A DNA stretch of 64,000 nt from Desulfarculia bacterium (GTDB lineage: Bacteria; Desulfobacterota; Desulfarculia; Adiutricales; JAGVGV01): contig OY759590.1 in assembly GCA_963662445.1 (NCBI GenBank), positions 4,232,727 through 4,296,726 on the forward strand, written 5' to 3'. Under the pieces are notes generated by a model. That model made no database searches, had not been told where the DNA came from, and saw only the letters and a program-made list of their open reading frames with translations. The position numbers and the translations under genes were made by a program. Shown here in pieces: positions 44,334 to 54,775 of this stretch (position 1 is its first letter; every line of letters starts with the position of its first letter).

Positions 44334-44514
44334 CCGTTTCACCTGTCCTGATTGGGTTCTTGCACGGAGCCGCCTGCTCCGCTGCCAGTCCATATTTTCA
44401 TTTCCGGTTTTGCTCTTTCCGCCCTTCACCTGTTTTCGCTGTTCGCTGGTCGCTCCCTAAGCAACGAGTATTCACTGCGCAGCTTTTTTTCGGCTCATCC
44501 CTTTCCGTTTCCCC

Positions 44515-44590
44515 GTCATTCCCTCGCACGCGGGAATCCGTTCTTCTGCGCCGCAGGGCCTGCCTGGATTCCTGCTTTCGCAGGAATGAC
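44515..44590. repeat. REP-like double-hairpin unit (the type whose translations read VIPAKAGIQ / FRRNDG)
   Basis: gtcattccctcgcacgcgggaatcc ... cctggattcctgctttcgcaggaatgac. Confidence 0.7.
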
Positions 44591-44725
44591 GGAAACGTCG
44601 GGCAGTGCCCGCCCTGGACCCGAAGCTGGCCCGCGCCATCGCTTCGCTCGGCTGCCCAGCTTCATACTTTTTCATCCACAACCTCAGACGGTTTCAAAAA
44701 GGTAAACAGGTAATAAACCAAAAGG

Positions 44726-45499
44726 CTATTCTGTCCTGACGAGGCGAAAGCCCATATCGTTGCAGCTGTAGTCAGGACTGTTCCTGCCGCGTTCGGCCGA
44801 CCGGCAGTTCCAAGCGGGGCGTCTCCCGCTACCGCCGCGTAACACCCGGTTGTAGCCCGATGAAGGCCCGGCCGGGTCGGTCACCGGGCCTGACAGATAG
44901 TCCTATTTCCAGTCCCAGCACCACTACCAGACATTCCCGTGCATGTCATACAGGCCCCAGGCATTCGGCTTTTTGCTGGCCACCGGATGGGTCTCGCGGC
45001 AGTTATCCGAATACCAGGCATATTCCCCCAGGCGCGCCTCATCGTCTCCGAAACACCAGGTCGTAGTGCTCCCCGCCCGGCAGGCGTATTCCCATTCCGC
45101 TTCCGTCGGCAGGCGATACTTGCCCGTATCTTCACTCACATTTAGCAGCCGGATGAACTCCTGGACGGCATCCCAAGACACATTTTCCACAGGACAGTCA
45201 CAGCAGGGTCTATTATGAGATGGATTGTGCCCCATCACCCCTTTCCACTGCCCCTGCGTCACTTCCGTGGTCTGCATATAAAACGGTTTTGAAATGGTCA
45301 CTCTGTGCTGGGGACTTTCGGCATCGCTCCTGTGCAATTCGTTGACGGGCCCCCCCATCATGAAGCTCCCGGCAGGAATCAGCACAAACTTCTGGCCGAT
45401 GGAATTCACAAGGCTCTTTGTGATGGTATCTCCGGCTAAAACGCTTGCCGCCGGGATCAGGAACAGGCCGATGAGCAAGGCGGTCATCAGCTTTTTCAT
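44726..45499 (-). pseudogene. FGE/SUMF1-like (formylglycine-generating-enzyme fold) exported protein interrupted by two in-frame TAG codons
   Basis: The track ORF stops after DMHGNVW. The same frame continues *WCWDWK*DYLSGPVTDPAGPSSGYNRVLRGGS...DMGFRLVRTE*. TAGs are at 44924-44926 and 44903-44905; there is no frameshift. Confidence 0.6.
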
Positions 45500-45582
45500 G
45501 TCATTTCTCCTTTAATGACGATTTCCTGGATTGTGTCGGTCGGAGCTGACTTTTCTCCATTGCTATTTCCTTCTTGGTCCCG

Positions 45583-45656
45583 TCTTTCCCGTGCACGCGG
45601 GAATCCATCTTCTGTGCTGCCGGTCCTGCCTGGATTCCTGCTTTCGCAGGAATGAC
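45583..45656. repeat. REP-like double-hairpin unit
   Basis: ctttcccgtgcacgcgggaatcc ... cctggattcctgctttcgcaggaatgac. Confidence 0.7.
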
Positions 45657-45775
45657 ATAGGCGGGCGCGCCACGAAACTCAAACAGCGTCGGGCAGAGCC
45701 TGCCCCGGACTTGATCCGGGGGGCTCCGCCCCTGCACCCCAGTAAGGAGTAAAGGAGTAAAGGCCCCAGGAGTGA

Positions 45776-46582
45776 CTACAAAACCCTGGAGACTCGGAAT
45801 CCGACGATGTTGCTACGGGTGTCAGGGGGGCCCTTCTCACGACGGGCGGAACGCAGGTCAGCTGGTTTGCAGGCCAAGCACCCGCCGCGCGCAACACGCA
45901 TTTTGCCTGAAGACGGACCCGATGGGTTGGTCACCGAACCAGAAGTATAATCGCCATAGAAATCCTGACACCACTCCCCGACATTTCCGTGCATGTCATA
46001 CAGCCCCCAGACATTGGGGCGCCTGGATGCCACCGGGTGCATTCTTTCGACGTGGTTATCCTTATAGTTATCTTTATACCAGGCGTATTCCCCCAATTGC
46101 CTTTCATCGTCTCCGAAACACCAGGCCGTGGTGCTCCCGGCCCGGCAGGCATACTCCCACTCCGCTTCCGTCGGCAGGCGATATTTGTCCGTCCCTTCCT
46201 TCTGGTTCAGACGCCGGATGAACTCCTGGGCGTCATCCCAGGACACCTGTTCCACAGGGCAATTGTCGCCGCAGGATGAAAAAGATGGGTTGCTCCCCAT
46301 CACGGCTCTCCATTGCCCCTGAGTCACTTCCGTGGTCTGCATGTAAAACGCCCTGGATATCGTCACAGAATGCTGGCGCTCATTAGCGCGTCGATCAGCT
46401 TCGCTGGGAGGGCTTCCCATCATGAAGTTCCCGGCAGGAATCAGCACAAACTTCTGGCCGATGGAGTTGATTATCTCTTTTTTATCTCCGCATGACGACA
46501 ACAGGACCAGGAATAATAACCCAACGACAAACGTATTTAAAAAGAAGCAATTTTTGATCCGCATGGACTTGCTCATAATCAT
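45776..46582 (-). CDS. FGE/SUMF1-like domain lipoprotein
   Basis: Lipobox LLSSCGDKK. Has HSVTISRAFYMQTTEVTQGQW, YRLPTEAEWEYACRAG and MHGNVGEWC. Confidence 0.8.
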   Translation of the reverse strand: MIMSKSMRIKNCFFLNTFVVGLLFLVLLSSCGDKKEIINSIGQKFVLIPAGNFMMGSPPSEADRRANERQHSVTISRAFYMQTTEVTQGQWRAVMGSNPSFSSCGDNCPVEQVSWDDAQEFIRRLNQKEGTDKYRLPTEAEWEYACRAGSTTAWCFGDDERQLGEYAWYKDNYKDNHVERMHPVASRRPNVWGLYDMHGNVGEWCQDFYGDYTSGSVTNPSGPSSGKMRVARGGCLACKPADLRSARREKGPPDTRSNIVGFRVSRVL

Positions 46583-46732
46583 TCCTTTCCTTCCACATAA
46601 TTTAGAGGTTTATCAGATAAGGTTGCTGCTTTTCATCGATGCAGATGTCAGCATATTGTTTCTATACGTTCCTGACAGCAAGCTCCTACTCTCGATTAAT
46701 TCCGCCCAAGACATTGATTCTGAAATCAGGAT

Positions 46733-47152
46733 TTACGGCTGCAGGCCGCCGTTGTTGCTGTCATAAACGAAATCCTTTCGGCTTCCGACATGCCTGGCCA
46801 CGGCCTTCCATTTCCGGTTGTCCGCCGACAGGATGTAAACCCGGATGGCCGGGTCCTCCTGGTACGAAGCAGCCAGATCGGAAAGGTCAGGCGTGTAGGT
46901 GTTGTTTTCCTCGTAATAGTTCTCTTCCGCCGTAGCGAGATTTTTCAGGGCCGACTTGGCGGCCGTGTCGAATATTCTCTGGCTGTATTCGGGTTGCCAG
47001 CCGCTTTTCCCCATCCTGGTATCGTTGACATACCGAGCCAGTTCACCGAGCCTGGGGGATTTTTTTTCGATGCCATCCAACGACTGGGTGATCATTTCCT
47101 CGGCCTCGTAGGCCGGCATCACACCCTGTTCGGAAAGAACGGCGGCCGCCAC
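46733..47152 (-). CDS. Hypothetical protein
   Basis: 139-aa ORF (GTG start in the track), same strand as the cluster. No family recognised. Confidence 0.45.
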   Translation of the reverse strand: MAAAVLSEQGVMPAYEAEEMITQSLDGIEKKSPRLGELARYVNDTRMGKSGWQPEYSQRIFDTAAKSALKNLATAEENYYEENNTYTPDLSDLAASYQEDPAIRVYILSADNRKWKAVARHVGSRKDFVYDSNNGGLQP

Positions 47153-47182
47153 GCCCAGTCCGATCTCCGAAATCAGTTCCTG

Positions 47183-47530
47183 CTAGTCTTTCGTTTTCTG
47201 GACAAGCAGGGCGTTGGCAGCGCGGTACTCCTCCAGGGTGCGGGTCAGCTCGGTCAGAAACGAACCGCTGGAGTCGAGAACGGGGTTCATGGCTATGGAA
47301 AAATCCTGCAGCGAACGGGTCATCCTGCTTTCCGCGGCCCTGGTCTCCTTGACGGCCTTGATCGTCTGGTCGATCAGTTCGCGGCTCGATTTCAGGGCCG
47401 GAAGGACCGAGATGACGAAAACGATCAGGAACAGCGAACAGAGGATGTAGAACACGGACATGCTGTAGTTGAGCAGGCGACGGCTCTTGTCAACCTTTTC
47501 GGTCGTCACAAGCTTCTCTTCAACGCTCAC
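47183..47530 (-). CDS. Hypothetical single-pass membrane protein
   Basis: Hydrophobic segment VFYILCSLFLIVFVISVLPAL. Confidence 0.5.
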   Translation of the reverse strand: MSVEEKLVTTEKVDKSRRLLNYSMSVFYILCSLFLIVFVISVLPALKSSRELIDQTIKAVKETRAAESRMTRSLQDFSIAMNPVLDSSGSFLTELTRTLEEYRAANALLVQKTKD

Positions 47531-47610
47531 GTTTCCACCTCCCGGTGTTCAGTTTCAGTGTGCATACAGGTATTCGGCTACCTTCCCGGGCCAGGTTCCC
47601 GGAACATTTT

Positions 47611-49268
47611 TCAGTGATTGGCGATTTCCTTTCCCTCGCAGGTCTGGACCTGCAGCGTGGTCTGGGCCGAAGCCCGGCGGGCCAAGGCCAGCAGGTCGGC
47701 GTAACCGGGGTCTTCAGGGGTGATGGTCACCCCCAGATATCTTTCCAGTTCCTGTGGACGTTGTCTGAAAGCCAGGACTTTAAGATAGTCCGTGCCAAAG
47801 GGCGGCACCACCCGGCCGATGTCAGGCAGGGAAAGCTCCCGGCCAGCCGGCAGGATGCCCAATTCGTCTGAAAATGCCGGATAAATGACGTTGATCTCGC
47901 CATTGGAGGCCACGTTGAGCAGGAGCACATAGCAATCGGCCTCGGTCCGGATCTTGAACCCGACTCGTTCCTTTTCCACAAGCACGCCCTGGCGGCCGAT
48001 CAGGTCCAGAAAGACGTTAAAATCCTGATCCGGAAATGTCAGCCCGACCAGTTTTTTGGCTTCCAGGCGGCGCTTGATCTTTTTCACCAGTTCATTCTGA
48101 TCGACCGCTTCTGTCAGTAGAAAACCATTGGCGGCATACAAACGGTACCCGTTGCCTCCTGCCATGACAAACAGGTCGGCTTCACGATCACTGATTTCAA
48201 CACCATCCAGACGAGCCAGGGCTCCGGCCTGATTTTCCAGGCCATGGTCCAATCTGATACGAAGCGGGCCATCCGGAGAAGTCAGGCAGGGGGAAGTTTT
48301 GACTTTACGTCCGAAGACGGGCTGGTCCAACAAGGATCGGTTTTCGGCATGCAAAAACTGGGGTGTTTGGCAAAAACGCGTCGTAACCGAAGAACGAATA
48401 AACTGGTAAAGCTCGGCGTAGCTGATCCGGCGATCGTGGTTGGTGTCCGCTCCCCTTGCAGGGCTCTGAGCAGGGAATCGGTCATGGCGCCGTGAGGCCT
48501 GCCGTCGCAGGTCTGGAGCCGGGGGTCGCCTCCGCCGGGATCGATGTCCAGGGCCTGCTCGAGGCGGGACGAGGCCGAGATATAGATCACGTTGCGGTAA
48601 GGGTAGGGAGGGAGGTCCGTAGTTTTTTCGCCAACCTCAGGATACTCAACCTTGCCCCACAGGTCCACAAAGCGCGGCTTGGCGGCCGTTGGGCTTTCCA
48701 GAATTGAGCGGACCGATTGGCCGGAATAGCAGGCGTCAAAGACCGCCAGCACCTGGCGGCCTTTTTCCAGCTTTTTCAGAATCGGTTGCAGGTCGCGGCT
48801 GCCGATGATGAGCCGGGACTGCATTTCGGCTGTCGTTCCTTTGCGGAAGTCGGCGGGAATCAGTGCACCGGTGTAAGGCTCCAGCGCCAAGGCCTTGTTG
48901 TGGGGATCGTGACCGCTGGAGCCGTGTCCGCTGAAATAGATAAAAATAAAATCATCCGGCCGAGTTTCGGCGGTTAGGTCTTCAATCCCTTTCAAAATAG
49001 CTTTGCGCGTGGCCTGCCCATTGAGCAGGGTGCGGATGTTTTCACGAGGCACGCCCCAGGCCGAGCGTAGCAGGCCTTCCAAGGCGCGGACATCGTGGGC
49101 CGGGCCTTTAAGCTGGTAAGAAGTCGACAGGCCGGGATAGTCGCCTATGCCGATCAGCAAGGCATGGCTGGCCGCCAGGGCCGAAGAAACGCCACTGACT
49201 AAAACTATCAGAGGCAGAATGACAAGGGTGGCATTTTTCAATCGGTGCCGATGAATTTTTTGCTTCAT
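47611..49268 (-). pseudogene. Exported caspase-like protein plus EF-hand-like loop plus DUF4384-like domain, split by a 1-nt frameshift near 48445-48460
   Basis: Frame 1 (48282-49268) has a signal peptide, HALLIGIGDY, YFSGHGS and VFDACYSG up to DSLLRALQGE. The other frame then reads ADTNHDRRISYAELYQFIRSSV...QTPQF and runs into track ORF 47611-48354. Confidence 0.6.
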
Positions 49269-49342
49269 GGAATACCTGTAAAGCGTTTTATATCGTTTTT
49301 GAGGTTCTGGTCATTCCCGTTTGAGGGGCTTCATTTGCCCCC

Positions 49343-49416
49343 GTCATTCCCGCGCACGCGGGAACCATTCTTCTGCGTTGCCTGTTCGCCTGGATTCCTA
49401 CTTCCGCAGGAATGAC
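49343..49416. repeat. REP-like double-hairpin unit
   Basis: gtcattcccgcgcacgcgggaacc ... cctggattcctacttccgcaggaatgac. Confidence 0.7.
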
Positions 49417-49471
49417 GAGTTCGGGCTGGGACGATTGTCAGACCATCTTACCCGCCCCGGTTCTTCTTCCC

Positions 49472-49784
49472 GTCATCCCCGCAAACGCGGGAAGCCGTTC
49501 TTCTTCGGTGCCAGGCATGCTTGAATTCCTGCTTGCGCAGGAATGACGGAAACGACCATGCTGATAGCCAAAGACAGCATCCAAAACAGCATTCAGCAAA
49601 ACCCGCCCCGGATTCTTTTTTTTGCCGCGACCAGGGCTGCGCCCTGGACCCTAATCCGGCCCGGCCTTCGCCTTCGCGGCTGACGCCCGCTCGGCTGCCC
49701 GGGCATTAAAACAACAGAACTTCGGCTGCGCCATGGGCCGCTTTCAGCGGCGTCCAAAAGGTAAAAAGGTTATAAGACAAAAGG
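49472..49784. repeat. ~310-bp conserved 3' flank of the caspase-FGE paralogs, copy a (begins with a REP-like unit at 49472-49547)
   Basis: Near-identical to 61942-62253 and, from about 49560 on, to 59462-59690. Track ORFs 49521-49709 and 61990-62178 have identical translations. Confidence 0.85.
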
Positions 49785-51965
49785 TTATTTTGTCCTGGCA
49801 AGGCGAAAGCCCAGGATGGAGCCGCGGAAGCCCGGGTCGAACCTGTCACGATAGGCTGACCGGCAGCGCCTGGCGTAGTAGCCCCAGCTGCCGCCGCGAT
49901 TCACCCGGTAGGAGCCCGACGAAGGACTCGCCGGGTCGGTCACACTACCCGACGGGTAATCGCCATACCAGTCACTACACCACTCCCAGACGTTCCCGTG
50001 CATGTCGTAAAGGCCCCAGGCATTCGGTTTCTTCCGGGCCACCGGATGCGTCTTTTGGTCGGAGTTGTCACCATACCAGGCGTAATCCCCTAAGCGGTTC
50101 TCATCATCCCCGAAACTCCAACGCGTCGTTGACCCTGCACGGCAGGCGTATTCCCACTCCGCTTCCGTCGGCAACCGATACTTGTCCGTCCCTTCCGTCT
50201 GATTCAAACGGCGGATGAACTCCTGCGCCTCATCCCAGGACACTCTTTCCACAGGACAGTCGTCGCCGCACGATGAGAAATTCGACGGATTGCTCCCCAT
50301 CACCGCCTGCCACTGGCCCTGCGTCACCTCTGTCGTCTGCATGTAAAAATCACGCCTGAGCGTCACACGATGACGGGGGTGCTCGTCTTTATACCAGTCG
50401 AGATCCCCGCCAAGTTTCTTCTTCACTTCTTCAGGCGACAACTTGCTCCCCATCATGAAGCTCCCGGCTGGAATCAAGACAAACTTCTGACCAATGGAAT
50501 TCGTGAACGACGGACCTGATGGCCGATTAAGCCTGGATCGTTCCTCTTCCACCTTCCGCCGTTCTTCCTCCAGCTTCCGGCGCTGGGCCGCCAGCGCCGC
50601 CTGACGCCGGTCCTCCTCCAGACGGGCCTTTTCCTCAGCCAGACGACGCCGCTCTTCCTCCAGCCGCTGACGCTCCTGCTCCTCGGACAGACGCTGCCGC
50701 TCCTGATCCAGCTTCTGGCGCTGGGCCGCTATCATCGCCTGCTCGGCCTCATACGCCTTCTGCTTCCAGTAAGACTCCCGCGCTCTAGCCTTTTGCCTCA
50801 GCGCTTCGTCCTGGTCGCTGAACTCGTTGTCCGAGGCATACGAAGACAGAAACGACGCCCACCCAGACTCCTTTTCCGCCTCGCTCAAAAGAGACTGTTT
50901 CTCATAACCCTCCAGCTTCCTGAACTCCGACTCCATCCGTGACTGCCACGCCGACCACTCCGCCCGCGACTGCTCACGCTGCTTGACCAACTGCGCCAGG
51001 TCAGCCGATACGCTCGACGGCGCCGGGGCGGAGGGCGAAACCGGGCCTGCGGGCAAAGGGGACGAAGAAGTCGGCGGCAACCCGGCGCCGGCCTCGACCT
51101 GCTGCGTCTCACCCTGGTTGAAATAAAAATCGCCGACGATGGAGGAAGACTCCCAGGGCACCTGCCGGCGGCCGGTTGTCGCCATAACCGCCTCCCGGGT
51201 CTGCTTGAACACCCGTTCCAGCGGCCAGCCGGGCCGGGCCAGGTTTTCCAGTAGATGCCCGGTAAAGACTCCGTTTACACCAGATCCGTCTGCCGCGGTC
51301 TGGCCGGGTGCGGTGGCGAAGGCCACGAAGGCCCCGCGACCTCCGGGAGTGTATACCGGCGCCAAACCTTCCGCCCCGCTCGATCTTTTAAAACCCCTCC
51401 CCAGGGGATTGTCCCGGCAAGCATCCAGAATGACTATATTCAAACGGTTGCCCGATTCGGCCATCAGATCCAGAACCTGATTGACGTTCACGGCCTTGTA
51501 TTTGATATCTGCTTCGCTGGCGATATCCGCGCCGATAGGGATGAGGTAATTGACGCCGCCCACCTGCATGCCGTGCCCGGCGTAGTAAAACAAGCCCACC
51601 CCGCCGGAACGCAATCTCCGGTTTAGATCTCGCACCGCCGTTTCCATGGTCCTGTGGTCGGCGTTCGGGTAATGGCGGACGTCAAAGCCCAGAGACGCAA
51701 GAACCCGGGCCATTTCCCGGGCGTCATTAACCGGATTACGCAATGGATGTTCCCGGTAGGCCGCATTGCCGATGATCAGGGCATAACGTTTACCGGCCGC
51801 CTCGGCCTTCTCCCGAACCACTGCCCGGTCTATCCCCTGTTCGGGGTTTGGATCATTGCGGACATTGGACCGTGAGGAGATCCCACCGGGAGGCACGCAT
51901 GAGGCAAACAACATCAGAACGAATAAAAAAATCAGTCCAATCTTGAAGATGGTCATCCTGTTCAT
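49785..51965 (-). CDS. Lipoprotein: caspase (C14) domain, Glu/Arg-rich coiled coil, FGE/SUMF1-like domain
   Basis: Lipobox LFASC. YALIIGNAAY, YYAGHGMQV and ILDACRDNP. ERQRLEEERRRLAEEKARLEEDRRQAALAAQRRKLEEERRK. HRVTLRRDFYMQTTEVT, RLPTEAEWEYACRAG, HGNVWEWC and RGGSW. Confidence 0.85.
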   Translation of the reverse strand: MNRMTIFKIGLIFLFVLMLFASCVPPGGISSRSNVRNDPNPEQGIDRAVVREKAEAAGKRYALIIGNAAYREHPLRNPVNDAREMARVLASLGFDVRHYPNADHRTMETAVRDLNRRLRSGGVGLFYYAGHGMQVGGVNYLIPIGADIASEADIKYKAVNVNQVLDLMAESGNRLNIVILDACRDNPLGRGFKRSSGAEGLAPVYTPGGRGAFVAFATAPGQTAADGSGVNGVFTGHLLENLARPGWPLERVFKQTREAVMATTGRRQVPWESSSIVGDFYFNQGETQQVEAGAGLPPTSSSPLPAGPVSPSAPAPSSVSADLAQLVKQREQSRAEWSAWQSRMESEFRKLEGYEKQSLLSEAEKESGWASFLSSYASDNEFSDQDEALRQKARARESYWKQKAYEAEQAMIAAQRQKLDQERQRLSEEQERQRLEEERRRLAEEKARLEEDRRQAALAAQRRKLEEERRKVEEERSRLNRPSGPSFTNSIGQKFVLIPAGSFMMGSKLSPEEVKKKLGGDLDWYKDEHPRHRVTLRRDFYMQTTEVTQGQWQAVMGSNPSNFSSCGDDCPVERVSWDEAQEFIRRLNQTEGTDKYRLPTEAEWEYACRAGSTTRWSFGDDENRLGDYAWYGDNSDQKTHPVARKKPNAWGLYDMHGNVWEWCSDWYGDYPSGSVTDPASPSSGSYRVNRGGSWGYYARRCRSAYRDRFDPGFRGSILGFRLARTK

Positions 51966-52010
51966 TCTCTGACAACTCCGTATTTATTATGTATTCTTGC
52001 TCTTTCCGTT

Positions 52011-52922
52011 TTATGGCCGTTCCAGGCGAACCTCCACCCGCCGGTTTAAGGCGTAGTCTTCTTCCGCATGTCCGGGATAAAGAGGTTCGGATTCGCCCCG
52101 GCCTTCGGTCCACAAGCGGTCGGCCCCCAACTCGAACTTGCTCCTGAGATATTGCGAAACTGTCGCGGCCCGCTGTTCCGACAGCCTTTGATTGTAGTCA
52201 GTAGGGCCCTGCTCGTCGGTGTGGCCGATGATCAGGAAATGCTTGCCGGCCAAGGCCTTGTTGGTCAGGGCCCGGCCCAGTTCGTCAGCCTGAACCTGTC
52301 CTTTTTCCGTAAGGTCGGCGCTGTCGAATTCGAAGTTTATCTGTTGAAAGTTCATTGAGGGCGCGATTGAGATTGGAGGTTGAACTTGCCCTCCCACAGG
52401 AATTGACGATCCGGCAATGGCGGCCGAGGCCGCGGTTCCGGCTACGATAGGTTCTACGCTGAATGCCCTGACGATTTCTTCTGCTTTGACTACACGCCTG
52501 GCTTGCTCCTGTTCAACTTTCTTTAACAAGTCCTGGGTATTGGGGTTAGGAAAAAGATTTTGTGACTCGCGTAGACAACTGATCGCTTCAGCCTTTCGGT
52601 CCTGCTCCAGAAAGACCTGCCCGAGTCCGCTTTTGGCCATGGCCAGTTCTCTCTCGTTTTGGGCCATGACTCCTGCGTCCCTAAAGGCCTTTTCCGCTTC
52701 TCCTGACTGCCCGGCCTTCGCCAGAACGGCTCCCAATTCATACGTGGCGGCGAAGGTCCGGCATTCAATCAGTGATTGTCTCAAGAGGTCGATGCGGGTT
52801 TGTGTATCCCGAGCCTTCCTGGCTTGTTCAAACAAGACTTTACCTTCCGAGCACCCGGCCTGCGCCGGAGAGGAAAAAGCCATCAGGCAGGCCAGGAGCG
52901 CAAGTATTAAACGAGGCATCAT
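52011..52922 (-). CDS. OmpA-family (peptidoglycan-binding) protein with TPR-like N-terminal region
   Basis: Start moved to MMPRLILALLACLMAFSSPAQA (signal; ATGA overlap with the upstream stop). C-terminal IIGHTDEQGPTDYNQRLSEQRAATV...NRRVEV. Confidence 0.75.
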   Translation of the reverse strand: MMPRLILALLACLMAFSSPAQAGCSEGKVLFEQARKARDTQTRIDLLRQSLIECRTFAATYELGAVLAKAGQSGEAEKAFRDAGVMAQNERELAMAKSGLGQVFLEQDRKAEAISCLRESQNLFPNPNTQDLLKKVEQEQARRVVKAEEIVRAFSVEPIVAGTAASAAIAGSSIPVGGQVQPPISIAPSMNFQQINFEFDSADLTEKGQVQADELGRALTNKALAGKHFLIIGHTDEQGPTDYNQRLSEQRAATVSQYLRSKFELGADRLWTEGRGESEPLYPGHAEEDYALNRRVEVRLERP

Positions 52923-54775
52923 TTCCCCACCCCCGGCACAGCAAGGCTGAAGCAGGAGAATTCCATTTTTTCCAGCCGCTCCGCTTTTTTCAGCAAGTCT
53001 GTCCATGCCTCGTCGGTCAAGCGGTCGTCCATGGGCTGTTTGAACTCGGCGTAGGTAAACAAGGCCCCCCGGCATTCGGCTCCGTCTCGCTTTATCGGCA
53101 CGGATGTCGGCCACCCGATGGCCTCCTCCAGCACCTGTCCGTCATTCGGTTCGGTGTGGACATCCACCACGATGGGGCCGTCCTTGCCGCCGGTCAGCGG
53201 CAGCAGGGACTGGTCAAGGCTGTTGAGAAAAGAGACTTCGCTTTCGGTCAGGGGTTGTTCGTTGAGTTCCCGATGGGCGATTTCCCCGCACCGGCCCAGA
53301 ATGCCGCGAAGGCTTTCCATGATGGCGGACGGGAACCGTGAGGTGAATTGTCCTGCCAGATTTTCCAGGTAAAGATAAAGTTCAGGGGCGGGCTCCAGCC
53401 AGGCTGTTTTCCGTTCCCGGTTGTCCATGGTGATGCCCTTGCCGGTGACGGTATAGGACTGTTTGGCATAGAGTATATTGATATACCGGTGCCAGGTCCA
53501 GAAAGACAGGGCCGTGTTCAGCCTCCTCAGATCATCGGTCTGCCCCCGGCTCAGCCAGTAATCAATGACGCGCAGGTGGGCGGACGGAAGGCCGGCTGGC
53601 CTGAGCAATTGCTCACGGGCGCCCTCGGCGGCCTCGGAATATCCCTGGTAGAATATTTCTCCGGCTTGCGCCAGATAATTGGACGCCGTTTCGGAGCCAA
53701 ACATGGCCATCAATTCCAGGGATAATGGATAGCCCTTGACCGCCTTGCCGTCTATCATGGTCAGGGAAAATGGTTTCTTCTCCTTGCCTGAATACTCGCC
53801 AACCCGGTCATGAACCAAGTTCTGAAATGCGGCGCTGTCCGGGCTGAAATGCTGGGGCAGAAAACGCCAGCCGGTCAAGACGTCGGCAGGGGTCAGTCCT
53901 TCTTCCAGTCTGGACACATCCACCAACCCGCCGATGATCTCCGGCTGCCGCCCCTCCCGGCGGGCTGTTTCCAGCAGGTTTTGCCGGATATTGCGCGTCT
54001 CTTTTTTGGACTGGGCCGCAGTGACATAATCGACCAGAGTCAAATCTTCGGCCGGACCGAACAGCCAGGTCAGGTTGCTTTCAAAGGAAGCATAAAGGGC
54101 TGACAACTTTTCGTCCTTGCTGATAAGACCTGCCATTGCCAGGGCCTGTCCGGTCAGCCGGTCGGCCTGCGTGTCCGAGATGCCGGTCGCGGCACTGGCG
54201 GTCACGGGGAAGAGAATCGTTCCGGCATAGCGCATGGCCCGGAAATAGTGGCCCAACTCTTCGCTGCGCGTGTATTTCCCCCTCGGCAGGAACTGGCTGT
54301 AATCCACGGTCTGAAGCATCAGTTCCGACCGGCTCAGCCCCTTGGCCTCGCGAACCCGGGCCAATTCCTCGCTCACCTTTTTCCGATCGGCGGCCCATTG
54401 GGGCGCGTCCTTGCCGGACAACAGGGCCGAAAGCACGGCCAGAAAATCAAGGTTGTCTCCGGCCGGTTCGTCTGTTTTCGAGGCGGCCACGGCCAGCCCC
54501 TCAACCAGGCTGCGAAAGTGCGGCAGCAGGGTCTTTTCCTCGATATCCGTTATCGCCCCGTTGAGGGTCATGCAGTAGGCCAACACCAGAAAGTCTTCGG
54601 TGATGTAGTTGGGGATTCCCTGGTTGCGGTTCTGCTCATACAGATCGAACATCCCGCCCGAGGCTGCTCGGCCCTTTTCGGACAACAACAGGACCCCGGC
54701 CCCAACGCCATCGGTTAGGATCAGCAGCAGGATCAGCAGCAGTCCTGCCATGGTCATGATTCTCTTTGTCATCAC
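52919..54775 (-). CDS. Exported DUF3160-like protein
   Basis: Signal peptide. DYSQFLPRGKYTRSEELGHYFRAMRYAG resembles the DUF3160 signature. GTG start. Confidence 0.6.
   Translation of the reverse strand: MMTKRIMTMAGLLLILLLILTDGVGAGVLLLSEKGRAASGGMFDLYEQNRNQGIPNYITEDFLVLAYCMTLNGAITDIEEKTLLPHFRSLVEGLAVAASKTDEPAGDNLDFLAVLSALLSGKDAPQWAADRKKVSEELARVREAKGLSRSELMLQTVDYSQFLPRGKYTRSEELGHYFRAMRYAGTILFPVTASAATGISDTQADRLTGQALAMAGLISKDEKLSALYASFESNLTWLFGPAEDLTLVDYVTAAQSKKETRNIRQNLLETARREGRQPEIIGGLVDVSRLEEGLTPADVLTGWRFLPQHFSPDSAAFQNLVHDRVGEYSGKEKKPFSLTMIDGKAVKGYPLSLELMAMFGSETASNYLAQAGEIFYQGYSEAAEGAREQLLRPAGLPSAHLRVIDYWLSRGQTDDLRRLNTALSFWTWHRYINILYAKQSYTVTGKGITMDNRERKTAWLEPAPELYLYLENLAGQFTSRFPSAIMESLRGILGRCGEIAHRELNEQPLTESEVSFLNSLDQSLLPLTGGKDGPIVVDVHTEPNDGQVLEEAIGWPTSVPIKRDGAECRGALFTYAEFKQPMDDRLTDEAWTDLLKKAERLEKMEFSCFSLAVPGVGK

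Noticed and set aside
44903-44926. Pyrrolysine or other programmed amber decoding in the FGE-like gene
   Set aside because: There is no evidence for Pyl machinery in the window. The first TAG is one substitution from the conserved Glu codon. The family shows other signs of decay (a frameshifted neighbour). Pseudogenisation is the simpler explanation, though the recoding alternative is listed as checkable.
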